From Synergistota bacterium (GTDB taxonomy: Bacteria; Synergistota; Synergistia; Synergistales; 79-D21), in NCBI GenBank assembly GCA_022839995.1, contig JALHIN010000002.1, positions 44,983-108,982 of the forward strand: 64,000 nucleotides of DNA, read 5' to 3'. How positions within the stretch are numbered: position 1 is the first letter of the stretch; the number at the start of each line of letters is the position of its first letter. Under the pieces are notes generated by a model. The model had not been told where the DNA came from. It did not search any database and saw only the letters and a list, made by a program, of their open reading frames with translations. This document shows, in pieces, positions 11,220-19,633 of this stretch. Made by a program: the position numbers and the translations under genes.

Positions 11220-12962
11220 ATGTCTCCGGTCTTGGTGCAATGGAACACGCTCGCTCAGATCGGCCTAATCGGGCTTGTTGCACTTGCGTCCCAGCGCCTG
11301 CTGAGACGCTTCCTCGAGCGGGACCAGTACGACTACATGAAGGACATCCTTTTTGTGGCCTGCTGGCTCGTTTTCGGCCTCCTGTCGGAGAGCTCCACCA
11401 TCGGGCTTATCGTTTCCGCGGGCACTGCGGCCTGCCTGATCGGAATCTGCCAAAGGATCTTCCGGAGCCGTGACCTGAGATGGGCCTTCCTGGTCCTGGG
11501 GGCCTTCATCGCCCTTTTCGGCCCCAGGATCTTCTTTGTCGGGCTGCCCGAAGGGCGCTACCTTTACCTCTCTCCGCTTGTTTCCGTAATTGTCACCTCT
11601 CTCTGGATGGGGCTCTTCCCCCTGCTTCTCCAGGAGCTCGACCAGGTTCCCGGGCTGGCGGGGTTCCTGCTTGCAACCTGCTGGAGCCTCATCCTTCTCG
11701 TCAGCTTCCCGGCGACGCACTCCTTCTCGGAATCCTTCTACATCGGAGTGGCGGCGCTCCTTTTCCTGGCGGTCTTCTGGAGCCGCCACGGGCAAGTTTA
11801 CCGCAGGCTGGGAGAACCGTTGGCCGCAATGTGGGGAATGCTGGCCGCCAGCGCCTCGACGATCGGCGTCAGCAAGGGAGTCGCCTTCACCACTCTGATG
11901 ATCCTCCCCATCGGCCTGTTCGCGCTGCCGATCATGGAATTTTCCCTTCGTATCGTCAGCCGGGCCGTGGCGACCAACCCCCAGTCCGAGGTTTCCCTCT
12001 ACCGGAAGCTCTTGGACAGGGGGCTGGACCACCCGACCGCGGTTCGCCTGGTCGCAGGCATCTGTTCCTCCCTGGCTCTTTCCATTGCCCTCCTGCAGGT
12101 GGACCTGTACGTGCCGGCCGCCGCAACTGCAACCGGTGCGTTCGTCCTTTTCGTCCTGCCCGCCCTTCGAAAACTCTTGGCCCCGGCGAACCGGGAAAGC
12201 GAGCGAAACCCTTCCCTCTGGGGAATCCGGATCGACAACGTTTCCCTGAACTTCGCCGTTTCAAAGGTCAAATCCTGGATCGCCTACGGTAACCGAGGCT
12301 ACGTGATCATTACGCCCGACGCGCTCGCGACGCTGAGGACCCGCTACGACAGGCGCTACCGGGAGGTTGCCAGGGAAGCCGACCTTGTCCTGCCCGACGG
12401 CATGGGGTTAATCCAGGCGCTCAAGTTTCTCGGTTCCCCTGTTCAGCAAAGGATTCCGGGGGTCGAGTTCGTCGAGCAGCTGTGCCGCCTTTCCGCCTCC
12501 GAAAGGTGGCCTGTCTATTTCCTCGGGGCAAAAGAGGGGATCGCAAAAGCCGCAGCGGAAAAGCTCGCTGAAAAATATCCCGGGATGGTCGTGGCCGGGA
12601 CCCACCACGGCTATTTTCGAAAAGAGGAGGAGGAAGCTCTCTGCCGCGAAATCCGGGAAGCCGGTACCCGCATCCTCCTCGTGGGGCTTGGAGTCCCCCA
12701 GCAGGAATTGTTCATCCGAAGGAACCTTTCTTCCCTGGGGCATGTCGTCGCGATGGGCGTCGGGGGAAGCTTCGACGTCCTTTCCGGAAGACTTCGAAGG
12801 GCCCCGGTGTTCATGCAGAAGCTGGGCCTGGAATGGCTCTTCAGGCTTTGCCAGGAACCGAGGGCCCGCTTCCGGAAAGACCTTGGCCTGTTCCTGTTTG
12901 CCGTTCTCGTGCTGATGAAGCGGTGCGGTCTTGACCGCTGGAAGGACGCCGAAGAAGCATGA
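11220..12962 (+). CDS. Fusion protein: N-terminal polytopic membrane domain (degenerate MraY/WecA-like?) plus C-terminal WecB/TagA/CpsF (GT26) glycosyltransferase
   Basis: The C-terminal ~230 aa (LVLPDGMGLIQALKFLG...VYFLGAKEG...GTHHGYF...ILLVGLGVPQQELF...GVGGSFDVLSGRLRRAP...GLEWLFRLCQEPRARFRK) is a clear GT26 signature. The N-terminal ~340 aa is hydrophobic with many TM segments. The ATG at 11220 has AAGGGAGG upstream. Confidence 0.75.
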   Translation: MSPVLVQWNTLAQIGLIGLVALASQRLLRRFLERDQYDYMKDILFVACWLVFGLLSESSTIGLIVSAGTAACLIGICQRIFRSRDLRWAFLVLGAFIALFGPRIFFVGLPEGRYLYLSPLVSVIVTSLWMGLFPLLLQELDQVPGLAGFLLATCWSLILLVSFPATHSFSESFYIGVAALLFLAVFWSRHGQVYRRLGEPLAAMWGMLAASASTIGVSKGVAFTTLMILPIGLFALPIMEFSLRIVSRAVATNPQSEVSLYRKLLDRGLDHPTAVRLVAGICSSLALSIALLQVDLYVPAAATATGAFVLFVLPALRKLLAPANRESERNPSLWGIRIDNVSLNFAVSKVKSWIAYGNRGYVIITPDALATLRTRYDRRYREVAREADLVLPDGMGLIQALKFLGSPVQQRIPGVEFVEQLCRLSASERWPVYFLGAKEGIAKAAAEKLAEKYPGMVVAGTHHGYFRKEEEEALCREIREAGTRILLVGLGVPQQELFIRRNLSSLGHVVAMGVGGSFDVLSGRLRRAPVFMQKLGLEWLFRLCQEPRARFRKDLGLFLFAVLVLMKRCGLDRWKDAEEA

Positions 12963-13426
12963 AGACCGAAGCTCGGGAAATCATGCACAAAGACCTGACT
13001 GCCGTCACGGAAAACGATCGGGTCGAAGACGCCCTTCATGCCCTTTACAACCAAAGGCTGTCGGGCCTACCGGTCGTGAAGGAGGACTGGGTTCTCGTCG
13101 GCTTTCTTTCCGAAACCGATATCCTGAAAGCAGCCTTCCCGACCTACTTGGAATTTTTGGCTCAGAGCTCTTTCCTGGGCGATTCTGAAGGAGGGCTCGT
13201 CGAGCGTCTCGCTACAGTGGCAAACCGACTCGTTGGCGAACTGATGAATCCTCATCCCTATTTCGTCGAACCTACGGCAAGCCTGGTCACCGTAGCGGAC
13301 ATGATGATCCGGAAACGCATCAAGAGGTTGCCGGTAGTGGAAAACGGTCGTCTGGTGGGCATTATCGACCGGGGTGCTTTTTTTGAGCACATGATGGAGA
13401 AGAGGGGACATGATCGGAAAAGCTGA
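12959..13426 (+). CDS. CBS domain pair protein
   Basis: 155 aa with two CBS repeats (IMHKDLTAVTENDRVEDALHALYNQRLSGLPVV; VTVADMMIRKRIKRLPVVENGRLVGIIDR). The ATG overlaps the upstream stop (ATGA). Confidence 0.8.
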   Translation: MKTEAREIMHKDLTAVTENDRVEDALHALYNQRLSGLPVVKEDWVLVGFLSETDILKAAFPTYLEFLAQSSFLGDSEGGLVERLATVANRLVGELMNPHPYFVEPTASLVTVADMMIRKRIKRLPVVENGRLVGIIDRGAFFEHMMEKRGHDRKS

Positions 13427-13781
13427 ACAAAGGGAAACCCCCGAAGGGAAATGGCTTGCGGAAGCAGAAATCGAGGCCTGCAGGCAGGAGCTGGAGGCCT
13501 CTTTTTTGCGGGAGAAGGAGATCTTTGAGTTCAAACGCGCAGAAATCCTGGAACGTTTGGACCAGATGGAAAAGAACACGCTATCGGAAGTCGATGCGGA
13601 AAGATGCACGTTCGAAAACCGCAGGAACGACATCCTTTCCTCCCTTCGGGCCGAACTTGAGAAACGGTACGAAACGTTCCTTTCGCAGCTCCGCGCAGAG
13701 GAACTGGTCGCGGAACTTGCGCAGGAATGCGTGGATAGCCTTTTGACCTGCCATGCCCAAGTACGGGAGGGAATCGCTTGA
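13410..13781 (+). CDS. Coiled-coil protein, putative V/A-ATPase peripheral-stalk subunit (G/H-like)
   Basis: 123 aa, E/R/L-rich and predicted helical. It sits immediately 5' of subunit I with a 4-nt overlap, the position held by the small stalk subunit in Thermus-type atp operons. I recognise no motif. Confidence 0.45.
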   Translation: MIGKAEQRETPEGKWLAEAEIEACRQELEASFLREKEIFEFKRAEILERLDQMEKNTLSEVDAERCTFENRRNDILSSLRAELEKRYETFLSQLRAEELVAELAQECVDSLLTCHAQVREGIA

Positions 13782-15691
13782 TCCGCGAGATGGTCAGGCT
13801 CGCCGTTTGGGGATTGACCCCCCAGCGCTCGGAAGTCGTGGAAGCCTTGCACGACTTCGGTCTTCTTCACGTTGTGACCCCCGTTGAAGCCCACACCCCT
13901 TCCAAGGAAGAAGAAGCGTTGAGGTTCACCCGGGCCAAGGTCCTAGGTATGCTGGAAGCCATGGAATGGAAGGATTGGGGGCTGCTCACCGACGAGATCG
14001 TAGACCGGGCCCGTGATCGGGTCGACCTCGGGATCGAAGGTGTGGTGGCCGAAATCGACAGGAGCCTTGATGCTTTTCGCGGCAGGCTCGCGGCTCTTCT
14101 CGAGGAAAGGCGGCGTCTCAGCTTTTCCCTTGCCGAGCTGAAAAGGGCCCACCAGGTCGTTTTTCACTTCATTCCTTTCGTCACCGCAGAGGACAGCCCC
14201 GATAGGACCCTCTCTCTTTGGTGGGTCAAAAACGACCTTCTCCAGAAAACTCTTTCCGGCCTCAGGAGCCTGGTTCAGAAGGAAGAGTCAGCAGGTGAGG
14301 ACCCGAAAGATACGCTCCGCTACCACGTCCTGAACACCGAAAAGGAGCAGTCCGTCCTGGCGGTCAGTGCAGACCGCAACCTGGAGGAAAAGGTCGAAGG
14401 CTTCCTCCGCCAGAGGGGAGCCGTACGGTGGAAGGCCCCGGAAGGGTTTCAGAGGGAATCGACCCGAACTTCGCTGATGGCGGTGGAGGAAGGCCTCAAG
14501 GAAACGAACTCCCGCCTTGAGGAAATTGCCGAAGAAATCCGGCGGGCGAGGGAGGAGTGGGGGCCCAGGCTGGCTTCAGTCTACATCCTCCTGGACGAGC
14601 GGCTCGAGGAGACCCTCGTCGAATCCGGAAGCAAAACCCGAGGGGACACGTTTCTCATCGAAGGGTGGATCCCGTCCGATTCACTCGATCCGGTCGTCTC
14701 CCTGCTGAAATCGCGTTTCGGCGACAACGTGCTGGTCCAATGGCGCTACCCGTCCTCCGAAGAGTGGCACCGGGTTCCCACCCTCCTTTCAAACCCCTCT
14801 GCAACCCGTCCTTTCGAAGTCCTTCTCAAATTGATGCCCCACCCGCAATACAAGGGGGTCGACCCAACCAGTCTCGTAGCGGTCTTTTTCCCCTTCTTCG
14901 CAGGCTGCATGGTAGGAGACGCCGGTTACGGGGCCCTGATCGCGCTTTTGGGAAGGTGGCTTTCAAGGAGCACCAGGCATCCCCTCATTCCTCCCATCGG
15001 AAAGATCCTTCTTTGGGTTTCCGGGTGGAGCGTCGCCTGGGGAATCGCGTTCGGTGAAATCTTCGGCGATCTGGGTCACAGGCTTTTCCACATCCGGCCG
15101 TTATGGATCGAACGTTCTCACGCAGTCCTGCCGGTTTTGATCTTCACCGTCGCCTTGGGGTTCGCTCACATTTCCATCGGCCTTTTCATGGGATTCCTCG
15201 ATGGCCTCCGCAACAAGCATCGACATCTCTGGATGGAGAGGCTGGGTTCACTGATCGTTCTCTTTGCCCTTTTCGGATTGCTGCTCCTCGTACGCCTGAA
15301 TTTGCCGCGACCTTTCTTTTCGCTGAACGTCATCCTCCTGGTGATCGGTACGGCTCTTTTGCTTGTGGGAGGCAAGATCGGCGGGATCATCGAAACGTTC
15401 AGCGCCCTCGGGAACGTCCTGAGTTATGTCCGAATCGCGGCCATCGGCTTGTCCTCTGCCATCCTTGCGATCGTTGCCACGCGCTTCGTCGATGTCCTGG
15501 GCCTCTCCTTCCTCGGGATCCTGATGGCCCTGATCATCCACATCCTGAACTTCGTCCTGGCGATCGCCGGGTCGGGCCTCCACAGCGCCCGACTCCATTA
15601 CGTGGAATTTTTCAGCAAATTCTATCAGGGGGGCGGAAAGGAATTCCGGCCCTTCACAAGGAGGAGACTGTCTTGGAAAAAGCCCTCTTAG
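13778..15691 (+). CDS. atpI: V/A-type ATPase subunit I (a-subunit, stator/proton channel)
   Basis: 637 aa. Soluble N-terminal half plus a C-terminal multi-TM half containing the conserved Arg motif LSYVRIAAIGLSS. TTG start with GGGAGGG 6 nt upstream. Confidence 0.85.
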   Translation: MIREMVRLAVWGLTPQRSEVVEALHDFGLLHVVTPVEAHTPSKEEEALRFTRAKVLGMLEAMEWKDWGLLTDEIVDRARDRVDLGIEGVVAEIDRSLDAFRGRLAALLEERRRLSFSLAELKRAHQVVFHFIPFVTAEDSPDRTLSLWWVKNDLLQKTLSGLRSLVQKEESAGEDPKDTLRYHVLNTEKEQSVLAVSADRNLEEKVEGFLRQRGAVRWKAPEGFQRESTRTSLMAVEEGLKETNSRLEEIAEEIRRAREEWGPRLASVYILLDERLEETLVESGSKTRGDTFLIEGWIPSDSLDPVVSLLKSRFGDNVLVQWRYPSSEEWHRVPTLLSNPSATRPFEVLLKLMPHPQYKGVDPTSLVAVFFPFFAGCMVGDAGYGALIALLGRWLSRSTRHPLIPPIGKILLWVSGWSVAWGIAFGEIFGDLGHRLFHIRPLWIERSHAVLPVLIFTVALGFAHISIGLFMGFLDGLRNKHRHLWMERLGSLIVLFALFGLLLLVRLNLPRPFFSLNVILLVIGTALLLVGGKIGGIIETFSALGNVLSYVRIAAIGLSSAILAIVATRFVDVLGLSFLGILMALIIHILNFVLAIAGSGLHSARLHYVEFFSKFYQGGGKEFRPFTRRRLSWKKPS

Positions 15692-15891
15692 CCCTTGCTG
15701 CTTCGCTGGCAATCGGGATCCCGGCCCTGGCTACCGCCTACGCGCAGGCAAAGATCGGCTCCGCGGGAGCGGGTACGGTCGCCGAAAAACCGGAAACTTC
15801 CGGGACCATGATCATCCTGGAGGCGATCCCGGAAACGATCGTCATCCTGGGGTTCGTCGTCGCCATCATGATGATCCTCCAGCTTGCCTGA
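15673..15891 (+). CDS. atpK: V/A-type ATPase proteolipid subunit K (c-subunit), single 2-TM hairpin
   Basis: Hidden inside track ORF 15103-15891. TTG at 15673 gives (M)EKALLALAASLAIGIPALATAYAQAKIGSAGAG...IILEAIPETIVILGFVVAIMMIL. The AQAKIG and PET motifs match the Thermus proteolipid (from memory). Confidence 0.8.
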   Translation: MEKALLALAASLAIGIPALATAYAQAKIGSAGAGTVAEKPETSGTMIILEAIPETIVILGFVVAIMMILQLA

Positions 15892-15904
15892 GAACCGAGC
15901 AGAG

Positions 15905-16561
15905 ATGAGCCCCGAACGGGTTGGCGAAAACGATAGGGAAGCGCTGGAAGCTTTCAAGCGGGCGATCCGGCAGGAGTATGAAAGGAAGCTTGAAGCCCTG
16001 CGGGAAACCTACGAGCAGGAGTTTTCGGCCCTTGTCGCCGCCCGGAGAATGGAAGTCGAGCGGAAAGTCCTGGAGATCCGCCAGAAACAGCGGGACGAGT
16101 TTAACGCCACGCTCGCTCTTGACGCCCAAAACGCGCAAAGGGAGTTCCGAGCCCGGATTTTTGACGCCATCGAAGAAATTCTCGCCCGGGTCGAAGCAGA
16201 AGTTGCCCATCGACTGGAATCTCTTCGAAAGAAACCCGAGCTATACGGTCCTGTCCTCAACGCCCTCGTTCAGGAGGCGCTGGATGTCCTCGCGGCCCCG
16301 GGCGCCGAGGTCCGGTTCAAAACTGGCGAAGGGGACCTTGTCGCGAAGGATCCCCGAATCGTGAGGATCGAGGAAACCCCCGAGCTCGGTTGGGGGGGAG
16401 CCGTCGTCATCGAGGCGGAGAAGGGGACGCCTCTCGTGGACAATTCGCTGCAGACGCGTTGGGAAAGATACAGGCCGATCCTGGTAGAAAGACTATCCGG
16501 GCGGTTGGCCTCCCTCGTCGACCATGTCCAGCAACCGCTCTCCGAATTACGAGTATCTTAA
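15905..16561 (+). CDS. atpE: V/A-type ATPase subunit E
   Basis: Long N-terminal charged helix followed by a globular C-terminus (GGAVVIEAEKGTPLVDNSLQTRWE), and its position in the operon. The start could be ATG 15905 or TTG 15884. Confidence 0.8.
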   Translation: MSPERVGENDREALEAFKRAIRQEYERKLEALRETYEQEFSALVAARRMEVERKVLEIRQKQRDEFNATLALDAQNAQREFRARIFDAIEEILARVEAEVAHRLESLRKKPELYGPVLNALVQEALDVLAAPGAEVRFKTGEGDLVAKDPRIVRIEETPELGWGGAVVIEAEKGTPLVDNSLQTRWERYRPILVERLSGRLASLVDHVQQPLSELRVS

Positions 16562-17594
16562 TTCGCGGCTTCGGGCTCGCCTCGGTTCCTTCATCGAGCC
16601 TGCCGTATACAGGCGCCTTTCGCGAGGAACGATCCGCGAACTGGAACTCTTCCTTCTCGATTCCGCGTACGCGGAGAGCTACCGTGCCCACTTGGTTTCT
16701 CTCGAGACATCCCCCCTGGCCCGGATCGAAATGGCCGTTTCCCTGGGGATCGCGGAGCGTATCCGGACGACCGTCAACCTCGCCCAGGGAGAACCCCGGG
16801 AACTGATGAAAGTGGTGACGAACCGATCGGATCTTCACAACGCAAGGATGGTCCTTCGAGGCCTCGCCCTTGGACACGACCCTCTTAAAAAACCGAGCTG
16901 GCATGCGTACGGGGAGCTCAGTCCCGGATTCTTCGACTCGCTATGGAATTCGAAAAAGATCCTCGATGCCCGGGAAAAATGCCTCGCCAACGGGGACCCC
17001 TTGGCCCTGGCGCTGGGCGAAGCCCTTGAAGTGCGGCAAAGAGGGGAAACTCTACCGCTTGCCGAAAGGCACCTCCTCAACGCCTACCTGAGCTACCAGA
17101 ACGGTCACTTCCGCAAAATCGGGGGGACCGGAAGCCAAACCGCCCTTGAAGTCATGGGGCGCTCGGTCGACCTGTGGAACATCGGGATCTGGTTCAGGAA
17201 CCGGCGTGAAAAGGGAAAGGACAACAGCGAACCCATTCCGTTCCTGCAATTTGGCAAGTGGCTTTCGAACGAACGGCTCGAAACCAGCGATTCGGTGAGA
17301 GCGCTCGTCGGAGGCACCCCCTGGTTCGACGGGATCCGCGACCTCGGCATAGATCTCGAAACGGTCTCACCAAGGGTCCTGCAGCGGGAATTCAACTCCG
17401 CTTTCTGGCGGTGGCAATCGTTCCTCTACCGCAGGAACCTCCTCGGTTTCGAAGTGGCCGTTTCCTATCTCGCCAGGCTACTGCTGGAATGGCAAAACAT
17501 CAACATCCTTGCGGTGGGGCTGGCGCTCGGCCACAGCCCCGACGGAATCGCAGGACGTCTGATCGACGTCAGCGGGGAGGAGCGTTCCGGATGA
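16524..17594 (+). CDS. atpC: V/A-type ATPase subunit C (d-subunit)
   Basis: 356 aa, helical, with N-terminal NYEYLNSRLRARLG typical of subunit C, and its position in the operon. Confidence 0.8.
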   Translation: MSSNRSPNYEYLNSRLRARLGSFIEPAVYRRLSRGTIRELELFLLDSAYAESYRAHLVSLETSPLARIEMAVSLGIAERIRTTVNLAQGEPRELMKVVTNRSDLHNARMVLRGLALGHDPLKKPSWHAYGELSPGFFDSLWNSKKILDAREKCLANGDPLALALGEALEVRQRGETLPLAERHLLNAYLSYQNGHFRKIGGTGSQTALEVMGRSVDLWNIGIWFRNRREKGKDNSEPIPFLQFGKWLSNERLETSDSVRALVGGTPWFDGIRDLGIDLETVSPRVLQREFNSAFWRWQSFLYRRNLLGFEVAVSYLARLLLEWQNINILAVGLALGHSPDGIAGRLIDVSGEERSG

Positions 17595-17863
17595 AGAACC
17601 CCGGGTCGGATCATCGGGCAATCGTCCTCGGAGAGCAGATCTTTGTCGACCTTTGGGCCCTGCTGGGATTTGAAGGAGTCGTCTGTGAAGACCCCTCCTC
17701 TGTGGGGGAGATCCTGAAGACCTTGCTCGACGGAAGCGTCTCGCTGGTAGTCGTCGAAGAGGGCTGGTTCGAGAAAGTCCCCGAATTCGTGAGGAATCGG
17801 CTGTCGAAAATGCAGAAACCGGTCTGGGTCGCCTTTCCAGGCCTGAAATCATCTCTTGGTTGA
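17591..17863 (+). CDS. atpF: V/A-type ATPase subunit F
   Basis: 90 aa (AIVLGEQIFVDLWALLGFEGV...LVVVEEGWFEKVPEFV). The ATG overlaps the atpC stop (ATGA). It lies inside track ORF 17258-17863. Confidence 0.75.
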   Translation: MKNPGSDHRAIVLGEQIFVDLWALLGFEGVVCEDPSSVGEILKTLLDGSVSLVVVEEGWFEKVPEFVRNRLSKMQKPVWVAFPGLKSSLG

Positions 17864-17872
17864 GGTGAGGGC

Positions 17873-19633
17873 ATGACAAACGTAGGCAGTGTCGTCGGGA
17901 TCTCAGGCCCCGTTGTCCGTGCATCCGTCTCTTTCCCGGTCCGGATGTTCGAAATCGTCCGTGCAGGAAAAGAATCCCTTCTCGGGGAGGTCATCCGGAT
18001 TCGCGGCAACACGGTTGACATCCAGGTGTACGAAGAAACCTCCGGGATGAGGGTTGGGGAGCCCGTGGAATTTTCAGGCGAACTTCTCTCCGTGGAACTT
18101 GGACCGGGCCTTTTGGGAAGCGTCCTCGACGGAATCGGGCGCCCTCTCGCCCGTTTGCGTGAGGAAGGACTCTATATCAACCGGGGAGCAAATGTCCGAA
18201 CGCTCGATGAATCCAGAGAATGGCTGTTTTCGCCTTTGAAAAAGGCGGGAGACCCAGTCCGGCCGGGCGAACCCATCGGGATGGTGCCTGAAGGGACTCG
18301 AATCAGGCACAGGGTCATGTTGCCCCCCGACAGCCCCCCTGGGCGCATCGATTGGATCGCCCCCGAAAGCGGCGTCACCCTTCGTGATCCCCTATGCCGC
18401 CTGGAAAGCGGAAGGGAAATCCGTCTTTCCCATCGCTGGGAGGTCCGTAGAGGACGTCCCTTTGCTGCCAGGCTGCCCTTCAACAGGCCCCTCCTGACCG
18501 GCCAGCGCATCCTCGACACGCTTTTTCCCATGGCTCTCGGTGGGGCCGCAGTCATCCCAGGCGGGTTCGGAACCGGCAAGACGGTGACGCAGCAATCCCT
18601 CGCCAAGTGGTGCAATGCCGACATCATCGTGTATATCGGTTGCGGAGAACGGGGGAACGAAATGACCGAGGTCCTCGAGGAATTCCCGAACCTCATGGAT
18701 CCCTATTACAGCGTGCCCCTGATGGAACGGATGGTCCTGATCGCCAATACCTCGAACATGCCGGTGGCTGCACGCGAAGCCAGCATTTACCTTGGCATGA
18801 CGATCGCGGAGTTTTACAGGGACATGGGGTACGCTGTCGCGATCATGGCGGACTCCACCTCCCGCTGGGCCGAAGCCTTGCGGGAGATCGGCGGCAGGCT
18901 GGAGGAAATGCCCGGGGAAGAGGGGTACCCGGCCTATCTCGGAACCCGCCTGGCCCAATACTACGAAAGGGCAGGGAGAGTCAGGCCCCTTGGAGACCCG
19001 GAAACGGAAGGCTCCATCTCGGTCATCAACGCGGTCAGTCCTCCCGGCGGCGATTTTTCCGAACCCGTCACCCAATCCAGCCTGCGCCTTTCAGGGGCCT
19101 TCTGGGCTCTTGACAAGTCCCTGGCACAACAGCGGCATTTTCCTGCGATCAACTGGCAGAACAGCTACACGCTTTACGACGAGTCCCTCTCCGGCTTTTT
19201 CCGGCAAGAACTCGGAGAAGAGTGGAAGGCCTTACGTTTCTTCCTTTCCGAGCGGCTTTCGAAAGAGAAAGCCCTGCTGGAACTGGTCCAACTGGTGGGA
19301 CGGGACGGCCTTTCCGAACAGGACAAGTGGACCCTGAACCTTTCGGAACTCTTCCGCGTCGTCTACCTGCAGCAAAACGCGTTCGACAGCATAGACGCCT
19401 ATTGTTCGCTGCAAAAGATGAAGGGCCTCCTGGAAACGTTGAGGCACCTGGACGCCCTTGTCTCGGAAAGACTCGCCCAGGGAGTCCTTTTCGAACAGAT
19501 CTCGGAAATCCCCCTCAGGACCGGTCTCCTCAGGCTCAGGGGAATTCCTGACCTGGAGTTTCCCTCCAGCGCCGAGGCCTGGCTGGCAGAAATCCAGGGG
19601 ATTCTAGGTTCGATCGAGGTGGTCGTACGATGA
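17873..19633 (+). CDS. atpA: V/A-type ATPase catalytic subunit A
   Basis: 586 aa. Walker A PGGFGTGKTV, plus ANTSNMPVAAREASIY and the non-homologous insert typical of A subunits. Confidence 0.95.
   Translation: MTNVGSVVGISGPVVRASVSFPVRMFEIVRAGKESLLGEVIRIRGNTVDIQVYEETSGMRVGEPVEFSGELLSVELGPGLLGSVLDGIGRPLARLREEGLYINRGANVRTLDESREWLFSPLKKAGDPVRPGEPIGMVPEGTRIRHRVMLPPDSPPGRIDWIAPESGVTLRDPLCRLESGREIRLSHRWEVRRGRPFAARLPFNRPLLTGQRILDTLFPMALGGAAVIPGGFGTGKTVTQQSLAKWCNADIIVYIGCGERGNEMTEVLEEFPNLMDPYYSVPLMERMVLIANTSNMPVAAREASIYLGMTIAEFYRDMGYAVAIMADSTSRWAEALREIGGRLEEMPGEEGYPAYLGTRLAQYYERAGRVRPLGDPETEGSISVINAVSPPGGDFSEPVTQSSLRLSGAFWALDKSLAQQRHFPAINWQNSYTLYDESLSGFFRQELGEEWKALRFFLSERLSKEKALLELVQLVGRDGLSEQDKWTLNLSELFRVVYLQQNAFDSIDAYCSLQKMKGLLETLRHLDALVSERLAQGVLFEQISEIPLRTGLLRLRGIPDLEFPSSAEAWLAEIQGILGSIEVVVR

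Noticed and set aside
13067-13894. 275-aa minus-strand ORF
   Set aside because: It is antisense to the CBS gene and the stalk-like gene. It is Ser-rich and has no RBS.
15673-15891. Calling the V/A-ATPase Na+-coupled from the Q...ET motif
   Set aside because: As I recall, the same residues occur in the H+-coupled Thermus proteolipid. The motif alone is therefore not diagnostic, and I report the coupling ion as undecided.
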